A stretch of 64,000 bases of DNA, taken from positions 5,704 through 69,703 of the forward strand of contig DASXGC010000038.1 of NCBI GenBank assembly GCA_036489235.1, in the 5' to 3' direction. Source of the DNA: Vicinamibacterales bacterium. Lineage in GTDB: Bacteria > Acidobacteriota > Vicinamibacteria > Vicinamibacterales > CAVVIG01. Below the pieces are notes generated by a model. That model saw only the letters and a list, made by a program, of their open reading frames with translations, had not been told where the DNA came from and searched no databases. The position numbers and the translations under genes are program-made. Each line of letters starts with the position of its first letter. Position 1 is the stretch's first letter. This document shows, one piece after another, positions 50,494 to 59,435 of this stretch.

Positions 50494-51966
50494 CTATCTG
50501 TTCAGATCCACCCACACGCTCTTCACCTGCGTGTAGTGCTCGAGCGCATGCACGCTCATCTCCCGCCCGAAGCCGCTCTGCTTGTAGCCGCCGAACGAGG
50601 CTGCGGTGTCGTACACGTTGTAGGTGTTGATCCAGACCGTTCCTGCCTGGAGCTTGCGCGCGACGTGATGCGCCTTCTTGATGTCTCTGGTCCAGACCGC
50701 CGCCGCCAGGCCATAAACCGAGTCGTTGGCGCGGGCGATCGCTTCGTCAACGTCAGCAAACTCGATGGTCGCAAGAACCGGGCCGAAGATTTCTTCGCGC
50801 GCGATGGTCATGTCCGGCGTGACGCCGTCGAAGACAGTCGGCTGCAGGAAATAGCCTTTGCCGGTGCCGATGTCTGCACGCTCGCCGCCGGCGATCAGGG
50901 TCGCTCCCTCTTTCTTGGCAGTCTCGATGTAGCGCAGGTCGGTTTCGAGCTGACGCCTGGACGAGATCGCCCCGAGACGGGTGCGAGGGTCGAGAGGGTC
51001 GCCCGGCTTGATCTGCCGTGCTCGAGCGGCAACCTTGTCCATGAACTCGTTCTTGATCGACTTCTCGACCAGGAGGCGAGAGCCGGCCGCGCAGACTTCA
51101 CCCTTCCCGTAGAAGATGCCGGTGGTCGCGCCGCGGACCGCAGCGTCGAGATCGGCGTCGGCGAAGACGATGTTCGGCGACTTGCCACCCAGTTCGAGCG
51201 TGATGCGCTTCAGCGACTCGGCCGAGCCGCGCATGATCTGCTTGCCGGTGGAGGTGTCTCCGGTGAACGCGATTTTGTCGATACCGGAATGATCCACGAT
51301 CATCTGGCCGACTGACGCGCCCGGGCCGGTGATCACATTGAGCACTCCGGCGGGGAGTCCTGCCTCGAGTGCGACCTCGGCGAGAGCGAGCGCTGTCAGT
51401 GGCGTCTGGCTCGCGGGTTTGATAATCACGGTATTGCCACAGGCCAGCGCCGGCGCGACCTTCCACGCCGTCAACAGCAGCGGAAAGTTCCACGGCACGA
51501 TCGCCGCGACCACGCCGACCGGTTCGCGAAGTGTGTAGGTGAGGAAGTTCCCGCGGACCGGAACCGTTTCACCGTGAATCTTGTCGGCCCAGCCGGCGTA
51601 GTACTGGAAACACTCGGCCGCGGCGGGGATCTCGATCTGCCGTGACTCGAAGATCGGCTTGCCGTTGTGCAGGGTCTCGAGACGCGCAATCTCGTCGGCC
51701 CTGGCCATCAGCCGCTCGCCGATTTTCCAGACAATCCTGCCGCGGTCGCGCGCCGACATCTTGCCCCAGGGGCCGTCGAGCGCTGCCCGCGCCGCCGCCA
51801 CTGCTGCGTCCACATCGCTCTGCTCGGCGGAGGCGACCTCGGCAATCACCTCCTCGGTCGCGGGGTTGACCACCTCGAGCGTCCGGCTGCCGGCCGCATC
51901 GCGCCACTCGCCGTTGATGAAGAGCTGTTTGCGCATCACCGAAGTTGTCGTCATGGAATTTTCCAA
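50494..51966 (-). CDS. NAD(P)+-dependent aldehyde dehydrogenase
   Basis: VPWNFPLL, ELGGKSPNIVF, catalytic GEVCAAGSR, and EEIFGPV. Confidence 0.9.
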   Translation of the reverse strand: MENSMTTTSVMRKQLFINGEWRDAAGSRTLEVVNPATEEVIAEVASAEQSDVDAAVAAARAALDGPWGKMSARDRGRIVWKIGERLMARADEIARLETLHNGKPIFESRQIEIPAAAECFQYYAGWADKIHGETVPVRGNFLTYTLREPVGVVAAIVPWNFPLLLTAWKVAPALACGNTVIIKPASQTPLTALALAEVALEAGLPAGVLNVITGPGASVGQMIVDHSGIDKIAFTGDTSTGKQIMRGSAESLKRITLELGGKSPNIVFADADLDAAVRGATTGIFYGKGEVCAAGSRLLVEKSIKNEFMDKVAARARQIKPGDPLDPRTRLGAISSRRQLETDLRYIETAKKEGATLIAGGERADIGTGKGYFLQPTVFDGVTPDMTIAREEIFGPVLATIEFADVDEAIARANDSVYGLAAAVWTRDIKKAHHVARKLQAGTVWINTYNVYDTAASFGGYKQSGFGREMSVHALEHYTQVKSVWVDLNR

Positions 51967-51973
51967 CGGGACC

Positions 51974-52672
51974 CTACGAGGCGGTTTCGCCCGGTTTCAA
52001 CTCGAGCACCTGGATGCCGCGCGGCTCGACCAACTCCCGCAGCTTCGCCGGTGTGCCGGTCAGCGCCGGAAATGTGCCGTAATGCATCGGCACGACCTGT
52101 TTGACGCCGAGCAGCTCGCACGCCTTCGCGGCCTGCAGCGGTCCCATCGTGTACAAGTCGCCGATCGGAAGAAAAGCGATGCTCGGCTGATACAGTTCGC
52201 CGATGAGACGCATGTCACCGAACACGTCAGTGTCGCCGGCAAAGTAAATCGTGAGGCCATCCTCGAATTTAACGATGTACCCGGTGGCGACGCCGAGGTA
52301 CACGACCTTACCGTCCTCGACCACGGAGCTGCTGTGGACCGCGTTCACCATCGTGATCGAGAGCCCTAGCGCGTGAAGCGTCCCGCCGGGATTCATCCCG
52401 GTCACGTTCTGCAATCCTTTGCCCTGCAGCCAGACCGACACCTCGAACGGTGCGAGCACTTGCGCTCCGCTCGATCGCGCGACCGCTACCGCATCGCCGG
52501 TGTGATCGCTGTGTCCGTGAGTGACGAGGATCAGGTCGAGCTTGCCGAGATTCTTTGCCGCATCCGGCGACGCCGGATTGCCGGTGATCCAGGGATCGAA
52601 CAGTAGGCGCTTACCGCCCGGTGATTGTAGAAGGAACGTGGAGTGGCCCAGCCACGAGATGGATAAAGACAT
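51974..52672 (-). CDS. metallo-beta-lactamase-fold hydrolase (UPF0173-like)
   Basis: LILVTHGHSDHTGD, together with a later His in VPMHYGTFP. Confidence 0.85.
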   Translation of the reverse strand: MSLSISWLGHSTFLLQSPGGKRLLFDPWITGNPASPDAAKNLGKLDLILVTHGHSDHTGDAVAVARSSGAQVLAPFEVSVWLQGKGLQNVTGMNPGGTLHALGLSITMVNAVHSSSVVEDGKVVYLGVATGYIVKFEDGLTIYFAGDTDVFGDMRLIGELYQPSIAFLPIGDLYTMGPLQAAKACELLGVKQVVPMHYGTFPALTGTPAKLRELVEPRGIQVLELKPGETAS

Positions 52673-52676
52673 GGTG

Positions 52677-52823
52677 ATTTGAGGATATCAGGACTTGAGG
52701 ATTTGAGGATTTGTCTGTGGATCTGATTTGAGAATCTGCGGAACCTGCGACACCGCTCGCCAATCGTGCAATAGATCCACAAATGAATTCCTCAGATCCT
52801 CAGATCCTTAGATCCTCAGATCT
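52677..52823. repeat. imperfect inverted repeat built from 8-nt tandem units (TTGAGGAT left arm / GATCCTCA right arm)
   Basis: Left arm: atttgaggat (52677), acttgaggatttgaggat (52693-52710), tgtggatct (52716-52724). Right arm: agatccaca (52773-52781) and cctcagat-cctcagat-ccttagat-cctcagat (about 52790-52821). The reverse complement of the right arm aligns with the left arm with a few mismatches and one indel. Confidence 0.8.
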
Positions 52824-52840
52824 CGTCTTCTGCACGTCCA

Positions 52841-54259
52841 CTATCTTTCTGTGCGCACGTATTCAAAATCGATCGGCTGCTGATTGATGCCGCGCCGCGG
52901 CGGCGCAATGTAATTGGCAAACTTCCCTGCCTCGTAGACCGGCTTGTCCATGATGCTGAGGAGGTACTCGGTATCTCCAGCCGACGGCAGCCAGTCGTAC
53001 CTGCGCTTCTCCCACTGCTCGGTGGACAGCGGCATGCCGTTGGGATCGAAGCGGAAGCCTGAATACATGCCGATGCCGCGGTTGAACTTGCGGTCCGGCA
53101 GCCGCAGCCGATCCGAGAATCCGTGCTGTTCGAGCACGCGGTTCCAGCGCGTGACGCCGGCGGCGCAGTCACCGACGTACCAGTCGCGCAACACTTCGTT
53201 CATCGCATTGCGCATCAGGACTTCCTTCGTCACCGGCTTCCCGGACTCGAAGAACTCCATGTTGTAGTACGCATTCTTCACGACGTGTTCGTCGAAGGTG
53301 TCCTCTTTCGCTCTACCCTTCAGGCCGTTGGCGAAGTACGAGGCGGCGTTGCTCGACACCTCGCTGCCGTGCAGGTCGAGGCTGAGACTGAACCACTGAT
53401 TGAGGTGCTTCTGGATGGTCGGGATGTCGATGCCGCCCACTTTACGAACGTCTTCGGAGTAGCCCGCGATCTTCATCAGCTGGCAGGTGCGTTCGAGGAT
53501 GCGCGCGATGCCGGTTTCGCCGACGAACATGTGGTGCGCTTCCTCGGTCAACATGAACCTGGTCGTCCGTGCCAGCGGATCAAGCGAACTTTCGGATAGC
53601 GACATCAGCTGTGATTTGCCATCGCGGTCGGTGAACATCGTGAACATGAAGAAGTCGAGCCAGTTGTCGATCGGCTCGTTGAACGCTTCGAGAATACGCG
53701 GCTTGTCGCGGTTTCCGCTCTGGCGCTCGAGCAGCTCTTCGGCTTCGTCGCGCCCGTCGCGGCCGAAGTAGGAGTGCAGCAGGTAGACCATCGCCCAGAG
53801 ATGGCGGCCTTCCTCGACATTGACCTGGAACAGGTTGCGCAGGTCGTACATGCTCGGACAACGCTGACCGAGCAGCCGCTGCTGCTCGACGCTGGCCGGC
53901 TCGGTATCGCCTTGCGTGACGATCAGGCGGCGCAGCTGATTCCGGAACTCACCCGGCACTTCCTGCCACACCGGCTGGCCAAAGAAATCGCCGAACCCGA
54001 TCCGGCGGTCGTGCACCGGATCTGCCAGGAAAATGCCCCAGCGATATTCCGGCAGCTTGACGTATTCGAAATGCGCCCAGCCCTCGGGATCGACGCTGGT
54101 CGCGGTGCGCACGTAAACCTGGTGGTAGTCCTGGAATCCCTGCGGCCCCATGTCGCGCCACCACTGGATGTACTTCGGCTGCCAGTGCTCGAGCGCGCGC
54201 TGCAGACGCTTGTTGTCCGACAGGTTGACGTTGTTAGGAATTTTTTCAGCGGAAATCAT
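52841..54259 (-). CDS. boxB: benzoyl-CoA 2,3-epoxidase (oxygenase) subunit B
   Basis: The N-terminus EKIPNNVNLSDNKRLQRALEHWQPKYIQWW and the di-iron motifs (NVEEGRHLW, MLTEEAHHMF) match BoxB, as does the length (~472 aa). Confidence 0.9.
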   Translation of the reverse strand: MISAEKIPNNVNLSDNKRLQRALEHWQPKYIQWWRDMGPQGFQDYHQVYVRTATSVDPEGWAHFEYVKLPEYRWGIFLADPVHDRRIGFGDFFGQPVWQEVPGEFRNQLRRLIVTQGDTEPASVEQQRLLGQRCPSMYDLRNLFQVNVEEGRHLWAMVYLLHSYFGRDGRDEAEELLERQSGNRDKPRILEAFNEPIDNWLDFFMFTMFTDRDGKSQLMSLSESSLDPLARTTRFMLTEEAHHMFVGETGIARILERTCQLMKIAGYSEDVRKVGGIDIPTIQKHLNQWFSLSLDLHGSEVSSNAASYFANGLKGRAKEDTFDEHVVKNAYYNMEFFESGKPVTKEVLMRNAMNEVLRDWYVGDCAAGVTRWNRVLEQHGFSDRLRLPDRKFNRGIGMYSGFRFDPNGMPLSTEQWEKRRYDWLPSAGDTEYLLSIMDKPVYEAGKFANYIAPPRRGINQQPIDFEYVRTER

Positions 54260-54292
54260 GTCCGTTCTCCACGCTGATTCGGCGCCAACGTG

Positions 54293-55924
54293 CTAGGTCC
54301 GCTGCCAATCGAATTCCGGGCGCCCCTGTTGTCCGTACACCTTCAGCGCGCCTTTTTCGCCCACGGCGTTCGGCCGCTGAAAGATCCAGTTCTGCCAGGC
54401 GGTCAGGCGCCCGAAGATCTTCGTCTCCAGCGTTTCCGGACCCGCGAAGCGGAGGTTGGCCTCGAGCCCGGTCATGGCATCGGGCGAAAATGCGGCGCGC
54501 GCTTCCACCGCCTGGCGCACCTCGTCGTCCCAGTCGATCTCGTCGGGCGCGAACGTGACCAGGCCGGCTTCTTCTGCCTCACCTGCGTTGAACGCCGCGT
54601 CGTGCGTCCGCAGCGCATCCACTCGCTCCCGATCGTCGAGAAAGCGCGTCTGCAGCCTGGTCAGGCCGTTGCTCATCAACAGCGGCCCGAAGTTCATCGG
54701 CGACAGTGAGACGAGGTTCGCCTCGTCATCGTCGTGCAGCATGTAGGAGCGGTCGGCCGCCAATGCCAATTCGAACAGCGAGCCGGCGAACGCAGAACCC
54801 GGCTCGATGAACGCGAAAAAGCTGCGTGACGTCAGATCCAGACGCTTCAGGGTGCGCTTCATGAAGTGCATGATCTCGCGGATCAACCAGTGCGACTGGT
54901 GCGCGATCAGCGTCTGGTCGATCGCCACGACCGCATCGCCGTCGCCCTCGGTTCGGATGATTACGGTGCCGATCTCCAACTCGTTGACCCGCAGTCTCAG
55001 CAAGGCATCGTCGAGCTCTCGAAACGCTCGCAAGGGCCAGAACTCGTCGCCGGCCGCGAGGACTTCGTCCGGGGTCGTCGGCTGCAGACCACTCGGCGCC
55101 CGGACTGTGAGCTGCGCCGTTCGGGTGGCGCGGTCGATTGCAAGCGACACTGCGGAATACGTCAGCGAGCCATCGATGACGGTCGGCTGGAGCGGTTTCA
55201 ACACGATTCCGGGTCCGCTCGAAGGCCGGTCAGAGGCCGCCGCCAGTTCGGCCGCGCGAGCGGCAACCGCGTCCTTGAACTTACTGGTCGGATGCACCGC
55301 ATCGACCAGGTGCCATTGCACCGCCCGTTTGCCCTTGATACCTTCCACCAGCGTGCTGAAAAAATCGGCGCGATCGCGGCGGACGTGACGCTTGTCGACC
55401 AGCCGGGTCAGTCCGCCAGTGCCGGGCAACACAGCCAGCAACGGCGCTTCCGGCAGGCTCACCGCCGAGTTGCCATCGTCAACCAACACGATTTCGTCGC
55501 ATGCGAGCGCGAGTTCGTAGCCGCCGCCGGCGCAGATGCCGTTGAGCGCGGCAAGAAACTTCAGCCCGGAATTGGCGCTCGCATCCTCCATCGCCAGGCG
55601 CGTCTCGTTGGTGAACTTGCAGAAGTTCACTTTGGCGGCGTGGGTCGAGCCGCGTAGCATCATGATATTCGCGCCGGCGCAGAAGATGCGCTCCTTCAGC
55701 GACGACAGAATCACCACGCGCACGGCCGGATGCTCGAACCGCAGGCGCTGAATCGCGTCCGCCAGCTCGATATCCACGGCCAGATCGTACGAGTTCAGCT
55801 TGAGCGCATAGTCCGGCGAGAGGCCGGCGTCCTCGCGGACGTTCATGCCGAGCGTCGCGATCGCGCCGTCGATGGTGAGAGACCAGTGTTTGTAGGCGTC
55901 CGGGCGGGTATCAAAGGTGATCAT
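54293..55924 (-). CDS. boxC: 2,3-epoxybenzoyl-CoA dihydrolase (benzoyl-CoA dihydrodiol lyase)
   Basis: Crotonase-fold motifs (FCAGANI, ICAGGGYELALACD), ~545 aa, immediately upstream of boxB. The ORF track starts at TTG 55945; I prefer ATG 55924 (MITFDTRPD). Confidence 0.88.
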   Translation of the reverse strand: MITFDTRPDAYKHWSLTIDGAIATLGMNVREDAGLSPDYALKLNSYDLAVDIELADAIQRLRFEHPAVRVVILSSLKERIFCAGANIMMLRGSTHAAKVNFCKFTNETRLAMEDASANSGLKFLAALNGICAGGGYELALACDEIVLVDDGNSAVSLPEAPLLAVLPGTGGLTRLVDKRHVRRDRADFFSTLVEGIKGKRAVQWHLVDAVHPTSKFKDAVAARAAELAAASDRPSSGPGIVLKPLQPTVIDGSLTYSAVSLAIDRATRTAQLTVRAPSGLQPTTPDEVLAAGDEFWPLRAFRELDDALLRLRVNELEIGTVIIRTEGDGDAVVAIDQTLIAHQSHWLIREIMHFMKRTLKRLDLTSRSFFAFIEPGSAFAGSLFELALAADRSYMLHDDDEANLVSLSPMNFGPLLMSNGLTRLQTRFLDDRERVDALRTHDAAFNAGEAEEAGLVTFAPDEIDWDDEVRQAVEARAAFSPDAMTGLEANLRFAGPETLETKIFGRLTAWQNWIFQRPNAVGEKGALKVYGQQGRPEFDWQRT

Positions 55925-55929
55925 TGATA

Positions 55930-55945
55930 TTGAACGCGCGTTCAA
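55930..55945. promoter_or_regulatory. perfect 16-bp palindrome TTGAACGCGCGTTCAA, candidate TetR operator
   Basis: Read directly from the sequence. It lies 6 nt upstream of the boxC ATG and 14 nt upstream of the tetR GTG, in the divergent spacer. Confidence 0.45.
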
Positions 55946-55958
55946 ACTACTTTAGAGC

Positions 55959-56627
55959 GTGGCCAGCAGCGAGTCAACATCAGCCGTGCGCGTCGCCGCC
56001 AGGAAGCGGCCCCGTCGCCGGGGGAAACGGCCGCGAAACGGGAACGCACAGGCCGCCACCCGGGTAGAGATTCTGACCAGCGCGGCGAAGGCGTTCCGCC
56101 GCCTCGGATATCACGGCGCGACGGTGCAGCAGATTGCCGCAGCGCTGCACATGAAGAAGGGCAACCTCTACTACTACTTCAAGAATAAGGAAGAGATCCT
56201 CTTCGCGTGCCATCAATATTCGCTCGATCGCCTGACGCAGCTGCTCGAGGACGTCGAGCGTAGTCCGGCGTCACCAGACCAGAAGCTTCGGCGTCTGATC
56301 GGTGCATTCGTCCACACCATTCTCGACGAGCTTCACGGGACGGCGTTGTTCCTCGACCTCGAAGCGTTGTCCCCTGCACACCTCAGAGCGGTGATCGCCA
56401 GGCGCGACGCCTTCGACCGCGGTGTCCGGCGGGTCCTCGAGCAGGGCATGGCGGACGGCGTCTTCGCGCCCGGCAATCAGAAACTGCAGGCGTTTGCGCT
56501 GTTGGGAGCGGTGAACTGGATTCCCCGGTGGTACAGTCCGGGCGGACCGGCAAGCTCGGAGCAGATCGCCGAGCTGTTCGCCGACATCTTCATCGCCGGG
56601 TTCCGAAATCGAGGAGCATCCCAATAA
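55959..56627 (+). CDS. TetR/AcrR-family transcriptional regulator
   Basis: HTH segment ILTSAAKAFRRLGYHGATVQQIAAALHMKKGNLYYYFKNKEEIL. GTG start. Confidence 0.88.
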   Translation: MASSESTSAVRVAARKRPRRRGKRPRNGNAQAATRVEILTSAAKAFRRLGYHGATVQQIAAALHMKKGNLYYYFKNKEEILFACHQYSLDRLTQLLEDVERSPASPDQKLRRLIGAFVHTILDELHGTALFLDLEALSPAHLRAVIARRDAFDRGVRRVLEQGMADGVFAPGNQKLQAFALLGAVNWIPRWYSPGGPASSEQIAELFADIFIAGFRNRGASQ

Positions 56628-56938
56628 CTGTCCTGAGAGTCTGCTATCAGAAGGGCGTGCGGTTCGACGAGAAGTATTACTTTGAGAAGCACGCGCCACT
56701 GGCCGCGCCGATCATGGCCGCGCTCGGCGTACGCAAGAGCGAGATCGTGAAGGTGTCGGGAAGCGTGCCTGGCTTCGACGCGCCTTATCAGTACGTCTTC
56801 AGCGCATACTTCGACTCGCCCGCCGACGTCGAGCGCTGCATGATGGACCCGCGAATGAACACGGTGCTGGACGATGTGAAGAACTACTTCGAGGGCGCCA
56901 GCGACGTCATGGTCGGCGAAGTCATCGCAACGCCTTGA
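56624..56938 (+). CDS. EthD-domain protein; start codon uncertain
   Basis: [27 protein letters not shown]... is typical of an EthD N-terminus. SD GAGGAG at 56611-56616. The nearest in-frame codons are ATC 56618, ATA 56624 and CTG 56633. The only canonical starts are GTG 56528 (100 nt inside tetR) and GTG 56657 (removes strand 1). Confidence 0.6.
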   Translation: MTVLRVCYQKGVRFDEKYYFEKHAPLAAPIMAALGVRKSEIVKVSGSVPGFDAPYQYVFSAYFDSPADVERCMMDPRMNTVLDDVKNYFEGASDVMVGEVIATP

Positions 56939-59348
56939 TCGGATTCAGCCGCGCGATGCGCAGCGCCGGAACCAACGCCGCCACCACCGCAACGGCGAGT
57001 ACCGCACCAGTCGCCAGCACGAACGTCAGCGGATCGACGACAGAAATCCCCCAGACCAGATGCCGGAGCGTCGACGCCGCAAGCCGCGCGCACAAGGCGC
57101 CGGCAGCCACGCCGACGACAGCCAGCGTCAACCCCGGAACAACCGCCGCGAGCATCGCCTGCCGCACGGTCGCACCGAGCGCCAGACGAATGCCGAGCTC
57201 GCGGGTTCGCTCGGCCACGCCGTTTGCGACCAGGCCGTAAAGGCCGACGGCTGCCAGGGCGAGCGCCAGAGCGGCGAGCGCTGCCAGCAGCAGCGTCTGC
57301 GCGCGCTGTGTGGCGACGGCTTCACGACGCAGGTCGGCGATCGTCCGGAACTTCGCAAACGGTAACAGCGGATCGACATCCGCCACTGCGCGCTGCATCT
57401 GACCAGCGATGGCCGCATCTTCTCCACGCAAGCGGACGAACCAGCTCGGCGAGAACCAGGTATGGACCATCTGGAGAAAACGATCGCTGGTTTGCGCCAC
57501 CGGAATATAGCTGGCCGGCATGGCCGCAACCGGCCCGAAGTTGCCCCAGCCGGCCTTCTGCTGAATATCGCCGACGATGCCGATGACCGTGCGGGCGCCG
57601 CCCTGGTCGATTTGGCGCCCGATCGGATCCTGCCCCGGCGAGTAGCGGGCCACGAATGCCTGGTTGACGACAATCACCGGAGCGGTGTCGACGTTGTCGG
57701 CGTCGTTGAACACGCGGCCGCGCAGCACCGGCACCCGCAGCGTGTCGAAATAGCCCGGCGTCACGTAGGTCTCGTTCATGATCCCGATTTGTTCGGCACC
57801 CGGTTGCGCCCCGATCCAGCGTCCACCGACGTTGAGCGCGCGCTCGTACGGCAGCGTCAGCGCCGCCGCCCCGTTGTCCACGCCCGCAATCCGCCGCATT
57901 CGATCGAGACTGTCATCGAAGAAACGATTGACCTGCCTCGCCGACCGGTAGCGTGCGTCCTGAAGCGACAGCGTCGCGGTCATGACGTGGCTCGCGTCGA
58001 AACCGGCGCGCAGTGTCACCAGATGATCGAACGAACGGATCAGCAGCCCGGCACCGACGAGAAGGACGACACCGAGCGCGACCTCCGTGACGACCAGCGC
58101 CCGTCGCGCCCAGCCGCGGGCGGCGCCAGCGATCGATGGGCTTCCTGACTCCACCAGCGTGGCGCGCAGGTTGACCCGGCTGGCTTGCAAGGCCGGGACA
58201 AGGCCAAACAGCACGCTGGTGCCGAGCGCAATCGTTGCGGTCGCGCCCAGCACACGAACGTCGAGGCCGACCTCGCGAGCGGCCACGCCAAAGGCGTCCT
58301 GCAGCAGCGACGCGAACACGCGTGAACCGGCGTAGCCCAGCAACGCGCCAAGCGCGCCGCCCGCCGCGGCAAGGACGAGACTCTCGGCCATCAATTGGCG
58401 CAGAATCGCACTGCGCCCGCCGCCGAGCGCCGCGCGGATGGCGATTTCCGGCGCGCGCCCGACGCTCCGCGCCATCAGCAGACCGGCGACGTTCACGCAA
58501 CCGATGAGCAGCACCATCGCGACCGCGCCCCAGAGAATCAGAATCGGCTGGCGGACCGACTCGGTTTCACCGCGTTGCAGCGAAACGATGTGGAGGCGGG
58601 CGGTTCGAGGAGCGCCGCGATAGAGATCGGACAGCACCGGCTCACCGATTCCGCCGACATCGGCGTCCGCCTGCGCCCATTCGACGAGCGGCCGCAGACG
58701 AGCGAGGATCGCGTAGTTCTGTCCACCGCCTTCGCAGCTGCGGCAGGCGCGGACCGGCGTCCACGCGTCAACCGGTTCGCCAGTCGTGAAGCCGCTCGGC
58801 ATCACGCCGACGATCGCATACGGCTCGCCGCGCAGCGTCAGCGTGCGGCCGATTGCGGCGGGGTCGCCATCGAAGAGGCGGGTCCACAGCGTGTGGCTCA
58901 AAATCACGGCGGCAGGTCCATTGGGACGATCTTCGTCAGCGGTGAACTCGCGTCCACGTGCCGGCGCAACGCCGAGGACGCGGAAAAAGCCGGCCGAGAC
59001 TCGCTGCTGCGTGATGTATTCGGCGTGTTGTCCGACCACCATGTTGACGCCGATCGACCCGAAGCCGCCGCTGGTCGTCGCCAGATCGAGCGACGTGACG
59101 CCGTCACGAAGGGCCTCCCAGGTCGCACCGGTCTGGCCAATCTCGCCGATCCCACCGCCATCGAACCGCGTGACTATTTGTGCGAGGCGCTCCGGCTGTG
59201 GGTACGGCAACGGCCGCAACAGCACGCGGTCGACGACGGTGTAGATGGCGGTATTGGCGCCGATGCACAACGCCAGGGTGAGGACCGCGGTGATCGTAAA
59301 GGCCGGGGCCTTGAGCAGGACCCGAACGCCATAGCGGAGGTCGCGCAT
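56922..59348 (-). CDS. ADOP-family duplicated FtsX/MacB-like permease
   Basis: ORF track is over-extended by 202 codons. ATG at 59348, preceded by AAGGAG, gives [36 protein letters not shown]. Two FtsX modules are each preceded by a large periplasmic loop. Confidence 0.85.
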   Translation of the reverse strand: MRDLRYGVRVLLKAPAFTITAVLTLALCIGANTAIYTVVDRVLLRPLPYPQPERLAQIVTRFDGGGIGEIGQTGATWEALRDGVTSLDLATTSGGFGSIGVNMVVGQHAEYITQQRVSAGFFRVLGVAPARGREFTADEDRPNGPAAVILSHTLWTRLFDGDPAAIGRTLTLRGEPYAIVGVMPSGFTTGEPVDAWTPVRACRSCEGGGQNYAILARLRPLVEWAQADADVGGIGEPVLSDLYRGAPRTARLHIVSLQRGETESVRQPILILWGAVAMVLLIGCVNVAGLLMARSVGRAPEIAIRAALGGGRSAILRQLMAESLVLAAAGGALGALLGYAGSRVFASLLQDAFGVAAREVGLDVRVLGATATIALGTSVLFGLVPALQASRVNLRATLVESGSPSIAGAARGWARRALVVTEVALGVVLLVGAGLLIRSFDHLVTLRAGFDASHVMTATLSLQDARYRSARQVNRFFDDSLDRMRRIAGVDNGAAALTLPYERALNVGGRWIGAQPGAEQIGIMNETYVTPGYFDTLRVPVLRGRVFNDADNVDTAPVIVVNQAFVARYSPGQDPIGRQIDQGGARTVIGIVGDIQQKAGWGNFGPVAAMPASYIPVAQTSDRFLQMVHTWFSPSWFVRLRGEDAAIAGQMQRAVADVDPLLPFAKFRTIADLRREAVATQRAQTLLLAALAALALALAAVGLYGLVANGVAERTRELGIRLALGATVRQAMLAAVVPGLTLAVVGVAAGALCARLAASTLRHLVWGISVVDPLTFVLATGAVLAVAVVAALVPALRIARLNPIKALR

Positions 59349-59355
59349 GCTCTCC

Positions 59356-59377
59356 TTAGACGGGCCGGTCCGTCTAA
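59356..59377. promoter_or_regulatory. 22-nt near-perfect palindrome TTAGACGGGCCGGTCCGTCTAA in the ADOP/lipA divergent spacer
   Basis: 20 of 22 positions are self-complementary; the single mismatched pair is G/T. It overlaps the ADOP Shine-Dalgarno region. Confidence 0.35.
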
Positions 59378-59421
59378 ACGTTGGCGGCCGCGTGGTCTGA
59401 CCGGCTGCGCCCGCGGGCCGA

Positions 59422-59427
59422 TATAAT
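59422..59427 (+). promoter_or_regulatory. perfect TATAAT -10 hexamer 8 nt upstream of the lipA GTG (possible leaderless lipA mRNA)
   Basis: The hexamer is read directly. The -35 is weak (cTGACc, about 19 nt upstream). There is no SD between the hexamer and the GTG. Confidence 0.35.
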
Positions 59428-59435
59428 ACTGGGAA

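Noticed and set aside
52786-52823. Tandem 8-mers as a CRISPR array
   Set aside because: The units are 8 nt and directly abutting, with no spacers and no cas genes. This is a microsatellite-like inverted repeat, not CRISPR.
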